Positions 1 to 9,441 of a stretch of DNA of 64,000 nucleotides are shown here, one piece after another; the stretch's first letter is position 1; each line of letters begins with the position of its first letter. Source of the stretch: an uncultured bacterium (GTDB taxonomy: Bacteria; Krumholzibacteriota; Krumholzibacteriia; LZORAL124-64-63); the NCBI GenBank assembly GCA_963727525.1, contig CAVSGO010000005.1, positions 128,001-192,000 of the forward strand, read 5' to 3'. The position numbers and the translations under genes are program-made. The notes beneath the pieces are model-generated. The model was not told where the DNA came from and ran no database searches. It saw nothing but the letters and a program-made list of their open reading frames with translations.

Positions 1-1
1 T

Positions 2-1156
<1,155 letters not shown>

Positions 1157-1224
1157 CCCACGACGCCCCGACCCAGATCACGCCGCCGCGGATCAGGTAC
1201 CGCCGTCGCCGCGATGCGCCCCGG

Positions 1225-1551
1225 TCAGAACAGGCTGTCGACAGCGCGAATGAGGTCGCCCAGGGCGATCGGCTTCAGGAGGAAGTCCTCGCACCCGCAG
1301 GAACGGGCCTGCTCGGCATCGAGCCGATCGCTGTACCCCGAGCAGACGATCACTGGCACGTCCGGTCGCAGGGCGCGCACCTCGCGCACCAGCTCGTCGC
1401 CGGTGAGGTCCGGCATGGTCTGGTCCGAGATGATCGCATCGTAGGCATCGGGTTGGGCCAGGAATCGGGTCAAGGCTTCCCGGCTGCTCGTGAACATCGT
1501 GGTCCGGTAACCGCACGATTCCAGCAGGGTGAGCACCAGATTGAAAAGGAC
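1225..1551 (-). pseudogene. Truncated receiver (REC) domain, hybrid-kinase type
   Basis: DAIISDQTMPDLTG, VCSG and FLLKP motifs are present; the N-terminal beta1/acidic DD motif is missing; in-frame TAG at 1552-1554. Confidence 0.6.
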
Positions 1552-1589
1552 CTAGCAAGGGGAATGCCGGGTGCCTACGAGGCGGGCAG

Positions 1590-2732
1590 TCAGCGGTCGA
1601 TGTAGCCGTCCGGGTGGTCGAGGGCGAAGGACGCCGCGCTTGCCACGGGTGCCGCCCCTACCGCCCGCGCGGGTCGGCGCCGCACTTCGGCCGCCACCGT
1701 GCGCACGCGATCGCCTGTGGCATAGAACGCCCGCAAGTCCATGGCCGCCATGCGTTCGCGAACCCGGGCCACGAGTGCGAACGCATCGCGCTCGGCCGAG
1801 AGGCCGCCCGCCAGCGGGCTCGTGTACCAGTGCGCACGCTGATCAAAGAGGGAAAAGAGAAGCCTGACGCTCGAATCGGTCTGGGCAGCGACCAGAGCGT
1901 CCTCGAAGGCGAGCAGGCGCGCCGCTGCCGCGTTCAACAGGAATTCCGCGTCCGGACGCTGGGCCGTCGTGTCGGCATAGACGACGAGGTCCTGCACAGT
2001 CTGCGGATCATAGGACACGATGGTGCCCAGGATGGGCGCCCACCGCTGGTCTCCTGCAAATTCGTCCTGCAACTCCTCGTAGCGACTCGCCACGCTCGGA
2101 TCGGCGGCGAAGGTGGCAGGATCCACTACCTGCGGTCTCTCGCCCCGCTCGATCCGCGCGAGGAGGAGCGGCTCCTGCTGCGTCAACGACGCGCCGAATG
2201 CGACGATCGCATCCGGATAGTCGGGCAGGATCGACTGCGCTGGCGGGTCGAAGACGTCGAAACACCCGGGCCGCTCGACGAGGGGCAACAGGCACGACAG
2301 GTGGTCATACGAGTCGTGGACCAGGCGCAACGTCTCACGCGCCGCATCCGGCGGGGCGATCCGGCCCGCGAGATCGAGCGTGTCCCGGTACAACCCCGCC
2401 TCGAGCGCGCGCAGACGGTAGTTGAACAGGGCCCAGAGCAGGTGCGGCCACAGGTCTTCGCGCAGGCTGCGGAGCATGCTCTGCTGGTTCTGGGGCGATG
2501 TGAATTCCGCGGGATGGAGGGCGTCGAACCTGGCCTGCGCCGCGGTGAGAGAGCGCTCGAGTCCGGCGAGATCACGAGTTTGCAGACAGTGATTCGCCGC
2601 GGTATCGTCGACGAGTACATTCGCGCGGGTCCGTGGACTCGCGGACTGGGCCCTGGCGGGTGCGATCAGGACGGTGGCCGATGACAGGATGGTGGCCGCG
2701 ACGAGAATCACGATGAGGTTGCGGGAACGCAT
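1590..2732 (-). CDS. Hypothetical secreted, largely helical protein
   Basis: MRSRNLIVILVAATILSS...ARAQ signal peptide; GAAGG RBS before ATG 2732. Confidence 0.75.
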   Translation of the reverse strand: MRSRNLIVILVAATILSSATVLIAPARAQSASPRTRANVLVDDTAANHCLQTRDLAGLERSLTAAQARFDALHPAEFTSPQNQQSMLRSLREDLWPHLLWALFNYRLRALEAGLYRDTLDLAGRIAPPDAARETLRLVHDSYDHLSCLLPLVERPGCFDVFDPPAQSILPDYPDAIVAFGASLTQQEPLLLARIERGERPQVVDPATFAADPSVASRYEELQDEFAGDQRWAPILGTIVSYDPQTVQDLVVYADTTAQRPDAEFLLNAAAARLLAFEDALVAAQTDSSVRLLFSLFDQRAHWYTSPLAGGLSAERDAFALVARVRERMAAMDLRAFYATGDRVRTVAAEVRRRPARAVGAAPVASAASFALDHPDGYIDR

Positions 2733-2790
2733 GGGGCTCGCCTTCCAGAGACGGAATCCCGTTCGTGATATCCGGGATCGTATCACAGAA

Positions 2791-2811
2791 GAGCCCTCAT
2801 GACGAGGGCTC
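2791..2811 (-). terminator. Hairpin downstream of the FlgD-domain gene, possible intrinsic terminator
   Basis: GAGCCCTC-N5-GAGGGCTC followed by TTCTG on the minus strand. Confidence 0.5.
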
Positions 2812-2832
2812 TCTTGATCCGAATTCGTATGG

Positions 2833-4431
2833 TCACTTGACCATCGTCACCGTCCGCTCCAGCACCCTCTCGGGGGTCGTCAGGGTAACGCGGTAGACGC
2901 CACTGGCCAGAGGTCGTCCCCCGGCATCGCGTCCGTCCCAGGACCAGCGCGATTCCCCGGCAGGCGCCGCCCCGTCGCGCAGCACGCGCACCAGGCGGCC
3001 CTTGACATCGAAGATGCTCACACGGACCGGACCGGCATGGCTGAGGTTGGCCATCAGCTCGAGCCGCGGATTGAACGGATTGGGCGCCGCCGACAGGCGT
3101 AGCGACCGGTCGGCCGGAGGCGTGCCCGGCGCAATGTCGCCCTCCGTGCTCACAGGGTCCTCCTCGGGCGCCAGCCACCGCACGACGAATTCGTCGCCGT
3201 TCGCCGGATCGCCGTCGCGATCGAACGCGCGCCCCTCGTACGCGAGGCGCATCCGCCCCGCCTCGAGGAGCAGGTCGTCGAGGGTGGCCCCCGCCACCAT
3301 GGCGAACGCGACACTCAGCGACTCCCCGGGCGCCAGGCTCGCGAAAGGGCCGACCCCGATCAGAACGCGATAATCGTCCGGCTCCACGGTGCCGGCATCG
3401 AAACTCGTCGACGATAGAGCATCGTAGCGCTCGTTGTCGTTCGTCGGATCGCCACCGTCGACGTATGAGAGGCTGCCGGCGAAGTGCCGGAAACCGCGAG
3501 CTCCCACGCTGGTCGGTGCCGTGGCGCCGGTCGGATCCGTGGGGTGACCGAGGACGGCCCATCCCATGTAGCCCGACGTCGTGCGGCCCACGCCTTCCAC
3601 CATGTAGGCCACATCCACCGTGGCGGTCTGACCGGGATACGGTTCCACGGTTCCGCTGATGAAGCCTGCCATATCGTCCACGCCCTCGTTCAAACCCGGC
3701 GGGTCGTTGATGTCGAAGTCGCTGAACATGCCGACGTACACATCGTCGATCGTCGCGTCGCCCACGTTGTGCAGCGTGTACTCGAATCCCACACCATCGG
3801 CCAGCTCGTCGTAGGTCCACTGCACGGACTGCTGCGCGACGTCGAGATCCAGGGGTACGTGGTCGGGGTAGACGTCCGTCGCGTGCATGTCGTCCATCTC
3901 GGCCCGGAAGTGCTGATCCGCAATGCCGGCGTCATCCTCGTCCACGAGGCCGTCCCCGTCGTCGTCTCGTCCGTTGAACGGGTCCTCGTTCTCGAGGCCG
4001 TCGCTGTCGTCGTCGGCGAAGGGTAGCGGATAGCGGGATGCCTGCGGGGCGCCGTAGGAGAGGCGGTAGATCGTCGCCTCCGGTCCGTCCAGCGGCCGGA
4101 ACTCGGTCGCGTACTGACCGGTCGATACATGCGTCTCGCCATTCAGGACGCCGCCGACCCAGAGCCCCGCGGCGAAGAGATGGTCGATCCCGTCGGCCCC
4201 GGGCCAGCGGCCTGAAGGCGCGTCGGCGAAGCTCGAAGGCGCCGAATACTGGGACCCGATGAGCCCCCAGTTCGTGATATTCACCTGCAGACGTCCGACA
4301 TCGTGGACGAACGAACCGTCGATGACCACGTCCCTGTGGATGGAGCTGTCGACCGGCGCCGCCGCGATCAGGGCGAACCCGAAGGCAACGGTCAAGAGCC
4401 CGATCCCGAGAACTTTCGGCAAGCGTGTCAT
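2833..4431 (-). CDS. Secreted protein with DxDxDG Ca-binding repeats and a C-terminal FlgD-Ig/T9SS-CTD-like domain
   Basis: Signal peptide MTRLPKVLGIGLL...; DDDSDGLENED and DDDGDGLVDED; PNPFNP...WDGRD...SGVY...VTMVK. Confidence 0.85.
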   Translation of the reverse strand: MTRLPKVLGIGLLTVAFGFALIAAAPVDSSIHRDVVIDGSFVHDVGRLQVNITNWGLIGSQYSAPSSFADAPSGRWPGADGIDHLFAAGLWVGGVLNGETHVSTGQYATEFRPLDGPEATIYRLSYGAPQASRYPLPFADDDSDGLENEDPFNGRDDDGDGLVDEDDAGIADQHFRAEMDDMHATDVYPDHVPLDLDVAQQSVQWTYDELADGVGFEYTLHNVGDATIDDVYVGMFSDFDINDPPGLNEGVDDMAGFISGTVEPYPGQTATVDVAYMVEGVGRTTSGYMGWAVLGHPTDPTGATAPTSVGARGFRHFAGSLSYVDGGDPTNDNERYDALSSTSFDAGTVEPDDYRVLIGVGPFASLAPGESLSVAFAMVAGATLDDLLLEAGRMRLAYEGRAFDRDGDPANGDEFVVRWLAPEEDPVSTEGDIAPGTPPADRSLRLSAAPNPFNPRLELMANLSHAGPVRVSIFDVKGRLVRVLRDGAAPAGESRWSWDGRDAGGRPLASGVYRVTLTTPERVLERTVTMVK

Positions 4432-4518
4432 GTGTGGCCCCCTAGTCATCAACGTGTCCCCGTGGCTTGCCGCGCTTGATGGTACGGATCCCGTCCGCCA
4501 GGAACAAACCGCGGGACC

Positions 4519-4558
4519 GTGTCCCCATGGACACATGCTTGTGTGTCCGGTTGCACAC
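4519..4558. promoter_or_regulatory. Pair of palindromes, candidate bEBP enhancer (UAS)
   Basis: GTGTCC-N4-GGACAC (4519-4534) and GTGTCC-N4-GCACAC (4543-4558), about 120-160 bp upstream of the predicted sigma54 start site. Confidence 0.55.
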
Positions 4559-4650
4559 ACGCGGCTCGCAGGCGCCGTCGCCTCCGAATATGCTATCACA
4601 TAAGATTATATTCTACACTGGGTTATTATCGAAATCCAGCGACGACGATC

Positions 4651-4665
4651 TGGTGCCCGACTTGC
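4651..4665 (+). promoter_or_regulatory. Sigma54 -24/-12 promoter of the TPR gene
   Basis: TGGTGCCCGACTTGC has GG-N10-GC spacing with TTGC; AT-rich tract upstream (4588-4635). Confidence 0.65.
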
Positions 4666-4727
4666 GATGAGGTGGGTGTTCACCCGCAAGCCGATCGCGC
4701 CACCGGCGCAGAGAGAAGGAGCCCGCC

Positions 4728-5813
4728 ATGAAGAAGCAGATCACCGAGCTGCCGGTCGATGGAAACCGCCGCATGAAATTCGTCGAGGCCGGAATGCTGT
4801 TCGTGCTCGCCCTCGGCCTCACCGTGTTCCTCGGGCTGAAGGTGCTGCAGGGCGACGGCGCATCCGACGCGCCCGCCGTGAGCCAGGTGGGCACGGAGGC
4901 CGCCTGGCAAGCCCCGGCGGAGGTCGCCACGGCCAGTGTCGCCGATAGCGTGGCTCCGGAACCTGACGTCGCGGTGGAAGCCGCGGCCCCAGCACCTGAG
5001 CTTCCCACCCTGATCACGTATGCCAACGCCGAAGCCGCGTACTTCGCTCACCACTATGACGAAGCGGCTGAGATGTTCGCGCAGTACTGCGACGCGCATG
5101 CGGAGAATGCCTGGGGCCACTACATGCACGGGCTCGCGCTCTGGAAGGCCGGCCACGATGACGACGCGGCCACCGCTTTCCACGCGGCGCTCGCGCTCAA
5201 GCCGGACCACCTGAAGAGCCTCGTCAATCTCGCCCGCGTGGAACTGGAGCGCGGTGACGCCGAGGCGGCCCTCGCCTCCGTGCAAGCAGCCGTCGATCTC
5301 GCGCCCGACGACGTCGCCGCCCGCCGCGTGCTCGGCCGCGCCTACCACAGCCTCGGCCAGCGCGACGCCGCCAGCGAGGCCTACGTGGAGGTGCTGCGCA
5401 GCCAGCCGGACGACGTCTGGACACTGAACAATCTCGGCCTGGTGCGCATCGAGCAGGAGCGGTACGGCGACGCCCTGCCCGCCCTCGCCCGCGCAGCGAC
5501 CCTGGCACCCGACGTGGCAGTGATCCAGAACAACCTGGGCATGGCGCTCGAGTGCACGGGACATCTCGCCCAGGCGAAGTCGGCCTACGCGGCCGCCCTC
5601 GACCGCGATGGCCGCGCCGCACACGCCGAGGCCAATCTCATCCGCATCGAGGATCTCGGTGATCTGCCGGTGTCCGATCCCGTGGACCTGGCTGCACTCG
5701 GCGCTACCTTCACCGTGACGCCCCCGGCCACACCGGTGGCCCCTTCAACCGCTGCCGTCGCGGCCGTCACGATCGCCCCGGATTCCGGATCGCAGAAGAG
5801 CGAGACCGAGTAG
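4728..5813 (+). CDS. Membrane-anchored tetratricopeptide-repeat protein
   Basis: AAGGAG RBS; one N-terminal TM helix; several TPRs (NNLGL, NNLGM). Confidence 0.9.
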   Translation: MKKQITELPVDGNRRMKFVEAGMLFVLALGLTVFLGLKVLQGDGASDAPAVSQVGTEAAWQAPAEVATASVADSVAPEPDVAVEAAAPAPELPTLITYANAEAAYFAHHYDEAAEMFAQYCDAHAENAWGHYMHGLALWKAGHDDDAATAFHAALALKPDHLKSLVNLARVELERGDAEAALASVQAAVDLAPDDVAARRVLGRAYHSLGQRDAASEAYVEVLRSQPDDVWTLNNLGLVRIEQERYGDALPALARAATLAPDVAVIQNNLGMALECTGHLAQAKSAYAAALDRDGRAAHAEANLIRIEDLGDLPVSDPVDLAALGATFTVTPPATPVAPSTAAVAAVTIAPDSGSQKSETE

Positions 5814-5848
5814 ACAGAAATGCCGAGGAGTGCCGCCACCACGACGCA

Positions 5849-5880
5849 CGACGGCCGCCGGATCTCCCCGGCGGCCGTCG
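5849..5880. terminator. Hairpin between convergent genes
   Basis: 13-bp perfect stem CGACGGCCGCCGG/CCGGCGGCCGTCG. Confidence 0.6.
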
Positions 5881-5894
5881 CGTGGAGTCCAGGA

Positions 5895-6272
5895 TCAGCT
5901 GAATATCGACCAGTCGAGCTGCGGCAGAGTCGCCTTCAGTTCCGTGAAGTCATCGCGCAGCCGCGCCACCAGTGCTGCCGCCCCGGTCAAGGAGCCGCCC
6001 TTGGCGAGCAACTCGAGCTCCCGCGCGGTGTCCGCGATGCGCACGGCGCCGACGTTGCTGGCGCCGCCCTTGAGGCCGTGCGCCTGCAGGCAGACGGTCG
6101 CCACGTCGCCCGCGGCCACGATGGTGGCGAGGTCATCGATCTGCTGGGGCGTGAGATCCATGAAGAAATCCAGAACCTCCCGGAGCAGGCCGCAGTCGCC
6201 GCCGAGATTTTCCAGCGTGGTCTCGATGTCGAATACACGCGCGATCTCGGGTGCGATGTCCAGAGTCGCCAT
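5895..6272 (-). CDS. Stand-alone Hpt (histidine phosphotransfer) protein
   Basis: AHGLKGGASNVGA motif; GGAGG RBS before ATG 6272. Confidence 0.92.
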   Translation of the reverse strand: MATLDIAPEIARVFDIETTLENLGGDCGLLREVLDFFMDLTPQQIDDLATIVAAGDVATVCLQAHGLKGGASNVGAVRIADTARELELLAKGGSLTGAAALVARLRDDFTELKATLPQLDWSIFS

Positions 6273-6343
6273 GGGTGCCTCCTGCCTCAATCCTTCGAGC
6301 GCGACGCCGGATCCTCCGGCGCCTTCCAATCCCGCCACGATTG

Positions 6344-6370
6344 GTATCGTCCCTTGCCGGCGGGACTTTA
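6344..6370 (-). promoter_or_regulatory. Possible sigma28 (FliA)-type promoter for the Hpt gene
   Basis: Minus strand TAAA-N15-GACGATAC versus consensus TAAA-N15-GCCGATAA. Confidence 0.4.
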
Positions 6371-7747
6371 TACCGAGGGATCGCTTTTTGCCGCCGTCTT
6401 GCGCGAGGTCTTCTTGGCCTTCTTCGCAGCCTTCTTGGCCGTCGTCCCGTTCGCCGCCTTGTCCACCGCCTTGGCGGCCTTCTTCGCCGTCTTCCTCGCA
6501 GCCGTCTCGGCCTTCGGTTCGGCTGGCGTCTTCTTGGCCGTCTTCTTGGAAGTCTTGCGGCTCCCCCTGCCTGAGGTCGTCCCGGCCGTGCTCGTCCCGG
6601 CCGTGGTCGTGGTCGCCGGTTCGGGCGCCGGACGCTCCGCGGGGGCCGCACCCGCCGCCGGCGACGGCGCGGGATCCTGCGCGGGACCGGGTTCGCTGCC
6701 CGACTCGGCGGTCGCCGGCTCACCCGACGATGCCGCTCGCCGGCGCCGCGAGGAACGCCGGCGCGAGCGACGCGGCGTCTTGCCTTCGCCCGTCGCGGCC
6801 GTGTCGCCGCTGGCGGCGCTCGCTTCCACGGGTGCCTCGGTCGTGGATTCCGTCGTCGCCTCGGTCGAGCTCGCGTCCGACCGCGCCGCCTCGGGACCGC
6901 CGTTGCGATCGCGCTCACGGCGCCGGCCGCGGCGGGCCTTCGTGCGCGTGGCGAGCGGGGCGCCGGTGATTGCGTTGAGTTCGGTCTTGCCGATGCCCAG
7001 CACCACGAGGGTGCCCCCGGCACGGCTGTCGCGCTCGACAGCGAGCAGCCCGTGGTCGCGCATGTCCTCGAGCAGATCCCCGAAGGTGGCGTAGCCGTAG
7101 TTGGTCTCGTTGAAGTCGGGCTGCTTGCGCTTCATCGTGTCCTTGACGAGCGACGAGTACAGCACGCCGCGGCTCTCCTGCAGCAGACTCTGCGTGGTGG
7201 CCAGCAGGAAATCGAAGAGGGCCCGCTTCTCCCGCGGCACCGACGCCACCTTCTCGCTCAGTTTGATGACGGTGGACTGGTAGATGTCGTCGTAGAAGAT
7301 CCACTCGTCGCAATTGGCGATGAGCAGATGGCTGCTGCTGTTGCGCACGCCGATACCGATGACGCGCTTGTTGTTCTCGCGCAGCTTGGAGACCAGGGGC
7401 GAGAAATCGGAATCGCCGGACACGAGCACGAAGGTGTCGATGTGATCCTTCGAGTAGCAGAGGTCGATGGCGTCCACCACCATGCGGATATCGGCGCTGT
7501 TCTTGCCCGAGATCTTGGGCATCGGCACCTCGATCAGTTCGATCGCCGCCTCGTGGAGCGAGGTCATGTGCTCCTTGTAATAGTGCCAGTCGGCGTACGC
7601 GCGCTTGACCACCACCTTGCCCTTCTCGAGGATCCGCTGCAGAAGGGTGTGGCAGTCGAAGCGCATGCGGGCATCGCGCGCGCCCAGCGCGACATTGTCG
7701 AAGTCGATGAAGAGTGCGAGATTTCTATCGCTGGGTTGTGTGCTCAT
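6368..7747 (-). CDS. NYN (LabA/DUF88) domain + OST-HTH/LOTUS protein with an Arg-rich and histone-H1-like Lys/Ala tail
   Basis: LFIDFDN, GKNSADIRMVVDA, LVSGDSDFSPLV; KRKQPDFNETNYGYATFGDLL; KKTAKK repeats. Confidence 0.92.
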   Translation of the reverse strand: MSTQPSDRNLALFIDFDNVALGARDARMRFDCHTLLQRILEKGKVVVKRAYADWHYYKEHMTSLHEAAIELIEVPMPKISGKNSADIRMVVDAIDLCYSKDHIDTFVLVSGDSDFSPLVSKLRENNKRVIGIGVRNSSSHLLIANCDEWIFYDDIYQSTVIKLSEKVASVPREKRALFDFLLATTQSLLQESRGVLYSSLVKDTMKRKQPDFNETNYGYATFGDLLEDMRDHGLLAVERDSRAGGTLVVLGIGKTELNAITGAPLATRTKARRGRRRERDRNGGPEAARSDASSTEATTESTTEAPVEASAASGDTAATGEGKTPRRSRRRSSRRRRAASSGEPATAESGSEPGPAQDPAPSPAAGAAPAERPAPEPATTTTAGTSTAGTTSGRGSRKTSKKTAKKTPAEPKAETAARKTAKKAAKAVDKAANGTTAKKAAKKAKKTSRKTAAKSDPSV

Positions 7748-7866
7748 AGGGACCCTCCCTGGTCCTACTCTCGCGAATGGGATAGAATGCATGCTGGCAC
7801 AACCATACAGCATGACTCGCCCGCTGCCCAGCGCGACGATGAGAATTCGCCTTCAGGAGGACAGCC

Positions 7867-9021
7867 ATGGCCGCCACCATGACCGCCGAGGATCTGCAAC
7901 AGCTCGTGCAACGCGTCTTCAGCCCCGGACCCGCCGACCGGGGCCTGGCCATTCTGGCCGACGTGCCCGATGACGCGTGCCCGGACCACCCAGACTGGGC
8001 CGCGCGACGACGCCTGGCTGCCGACTGGGCGGCCCGTCTGCAGGAGAGCCAGGCGGACCTCGGTCTCGAGCGCGTGACGCTGGCCTGGTATCCGAACGTC
8101 GGCAGCAACAACGCCGATCTGCCGGCGCGCTGCGTGCCCGGCGACCCGGCGACGGTGCCTGGCCACGTCGCCGACCTCGTGGGCCGGGACACGCTGCCGA
8201 TCGCCGACCTCCTGGCCGACCACAGCCTGGTCCTCGCCCCCACCGAGCTGTCGGCCACGGCGCCACTGAAGGTCGCCGCGCGCGGCGGCGCCTTCCGCGC
8301 CGCCACCATGCCCGGATTCCTGCCCTCCATGATCCCCGCGCTGAAGCTCGACTACCTGGAGATCAACCGGCGTGTCACGATCCTGAAGGAGATCTGCGAC
8401 CAGGCCGAATCGGCGCTCCTCACCTTGCGCGCCGACGGCGACCTGCACACGCTGACGCTCGACCTACGCCACCGCACCGCCCACGCCAGCGGCGGTCTCT
8501 TCCCTCGCAACGGCGTCGCGGGCAACCTGCCCTCCGGCGAGGCCTACATCGTCCCTTACGAGGGCGAGCGCGTGAGCGACGCCAGCCGCACCGCGGGGAC
8601 CCTGCCCCTGCAGCTCGGCGACGAGATCGCGGTGCTCGTGATCAGGGAGAACCGCGTCGTCGAGGTCCTCGGCGACGGCAAGGCCGCGCGCGACGAGGCC
8701 GACCATTTTCGGCGCGAGCCCGCGTATGCGAACGTGGCCGAGCTGGGGCTGGGGGTACTCGGGGACTTCGGCTTGCAACCCAGCGGGAGCATCCTGCTCG
8801 ACGAGAAGCTCGGACTCCACGTGGCCTTCGGCCGCAGCGACCATTTCGGGGGATTTGTCGGTCCGGCCGACTTCACGAGCCCGCACTCGGTCATCCATCT
8901 CGACCGGGTCTACATACGCGGCACCCAGCCGCGTATCACGGTAGCGGAGGTGTGCCTCGATAGTCCCGAGGGTCGCAGCGTGATCATGCGCGACGGTCGA
9001 TACACCGACGTCTTCGATTGA
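7867..9021 (+). CDS. Aminopeptidase, M29/aminopeptidase-T-like
   Basis: AGGAGG RBS; GNLPSGEAY, AELGLG, LLDEK..LHVAFG and IHLD motifs. Confidence 0.8.
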   Translation: MAATMTAEDLQQLVQRVFSPGPADRGLAILADVPDDACPDHPDWAARRRLAADWAARLQESQADLGLERVTLAWYPNVGSNNADLPARCVPGDPATVPGHVADLVGRDTLPIADLLADHSLVLAPTELSATAPLKVAARGGAFRAATMPGFLPSMIPALKLDYLEINRRVTILKEICDQAESALLTLRADGDLHTLTLDLRHRTAHASGGLFPRNGVAGNLPSGEAYIVPYEGERVSDASRTAGTLPLQLGDEIAVLVIRENRVVEVLGDGKAARDEADHFRREPAYANVAELGLGVLGDFGLQPSGSILLDEKLGLHVAFGRSDHFGGFVGPADFTSPHSVIHLDRVYIRGTQPRITVAEVCLDSPEGRSVIMRDGRYTDVFD

Positions 9022-9050
9022 GCGCGGGGCCACGTTCCCGAACGCGACCA

Positions 9051-9084
9051 AGAGGGCCCCGCCGGCGTGCCGGCGGGGCCCTCT
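9051..9084. terminator. Strong GC hairpin
   Basis: 16-bp perfect inverted repeat AGAGGGCCCCGCCGGC/GCCGGCGGGGCCCTCT. Confidence 0.7.
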
Positions 9085-9441
9085 CGATAAGGGCCGGGAC
9101 CATTCCGGTTTGGCTCTCGCCCAAAGCCACCCGGAGCTCCCGGTCCCGGCCGGGATCTGTTTTCAACAGGTAAACGATGAATCGGTGTCCGTAAAGAATT
9201 ATTTAGATTTTTTTAAGGAAAGTATCGACTCATTCCAGGGACCGACCCGACAAAGGGTTGCGCAACTAGTAAATTATTGTCGTTTGGGCACTTACCAAAC
9301 AAAGTCCCGGGGTTTGGGTGCGGGCACCCACCCCGGGGCACGTCAGGACCAGAAGCGCACAACCCTCCGGGCGGGTGCGCTGTCATGAAACAGCCTGCGC
9401 CGGAAGCCGTTGCACCCTCCCGCGCCTATCCCCAGGGGCGG

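Noticed and set aside
6368-6560. TTCTTGGC-type DNA repeats
   Set aside because: They simply encode the KKxAKK protein tail
9340-9365. GTCAGGACCAGAAGCG as SRP RNA helix 8
   Set aside because: Lacks the GNRA-capped stem and the AGCAG partner strand
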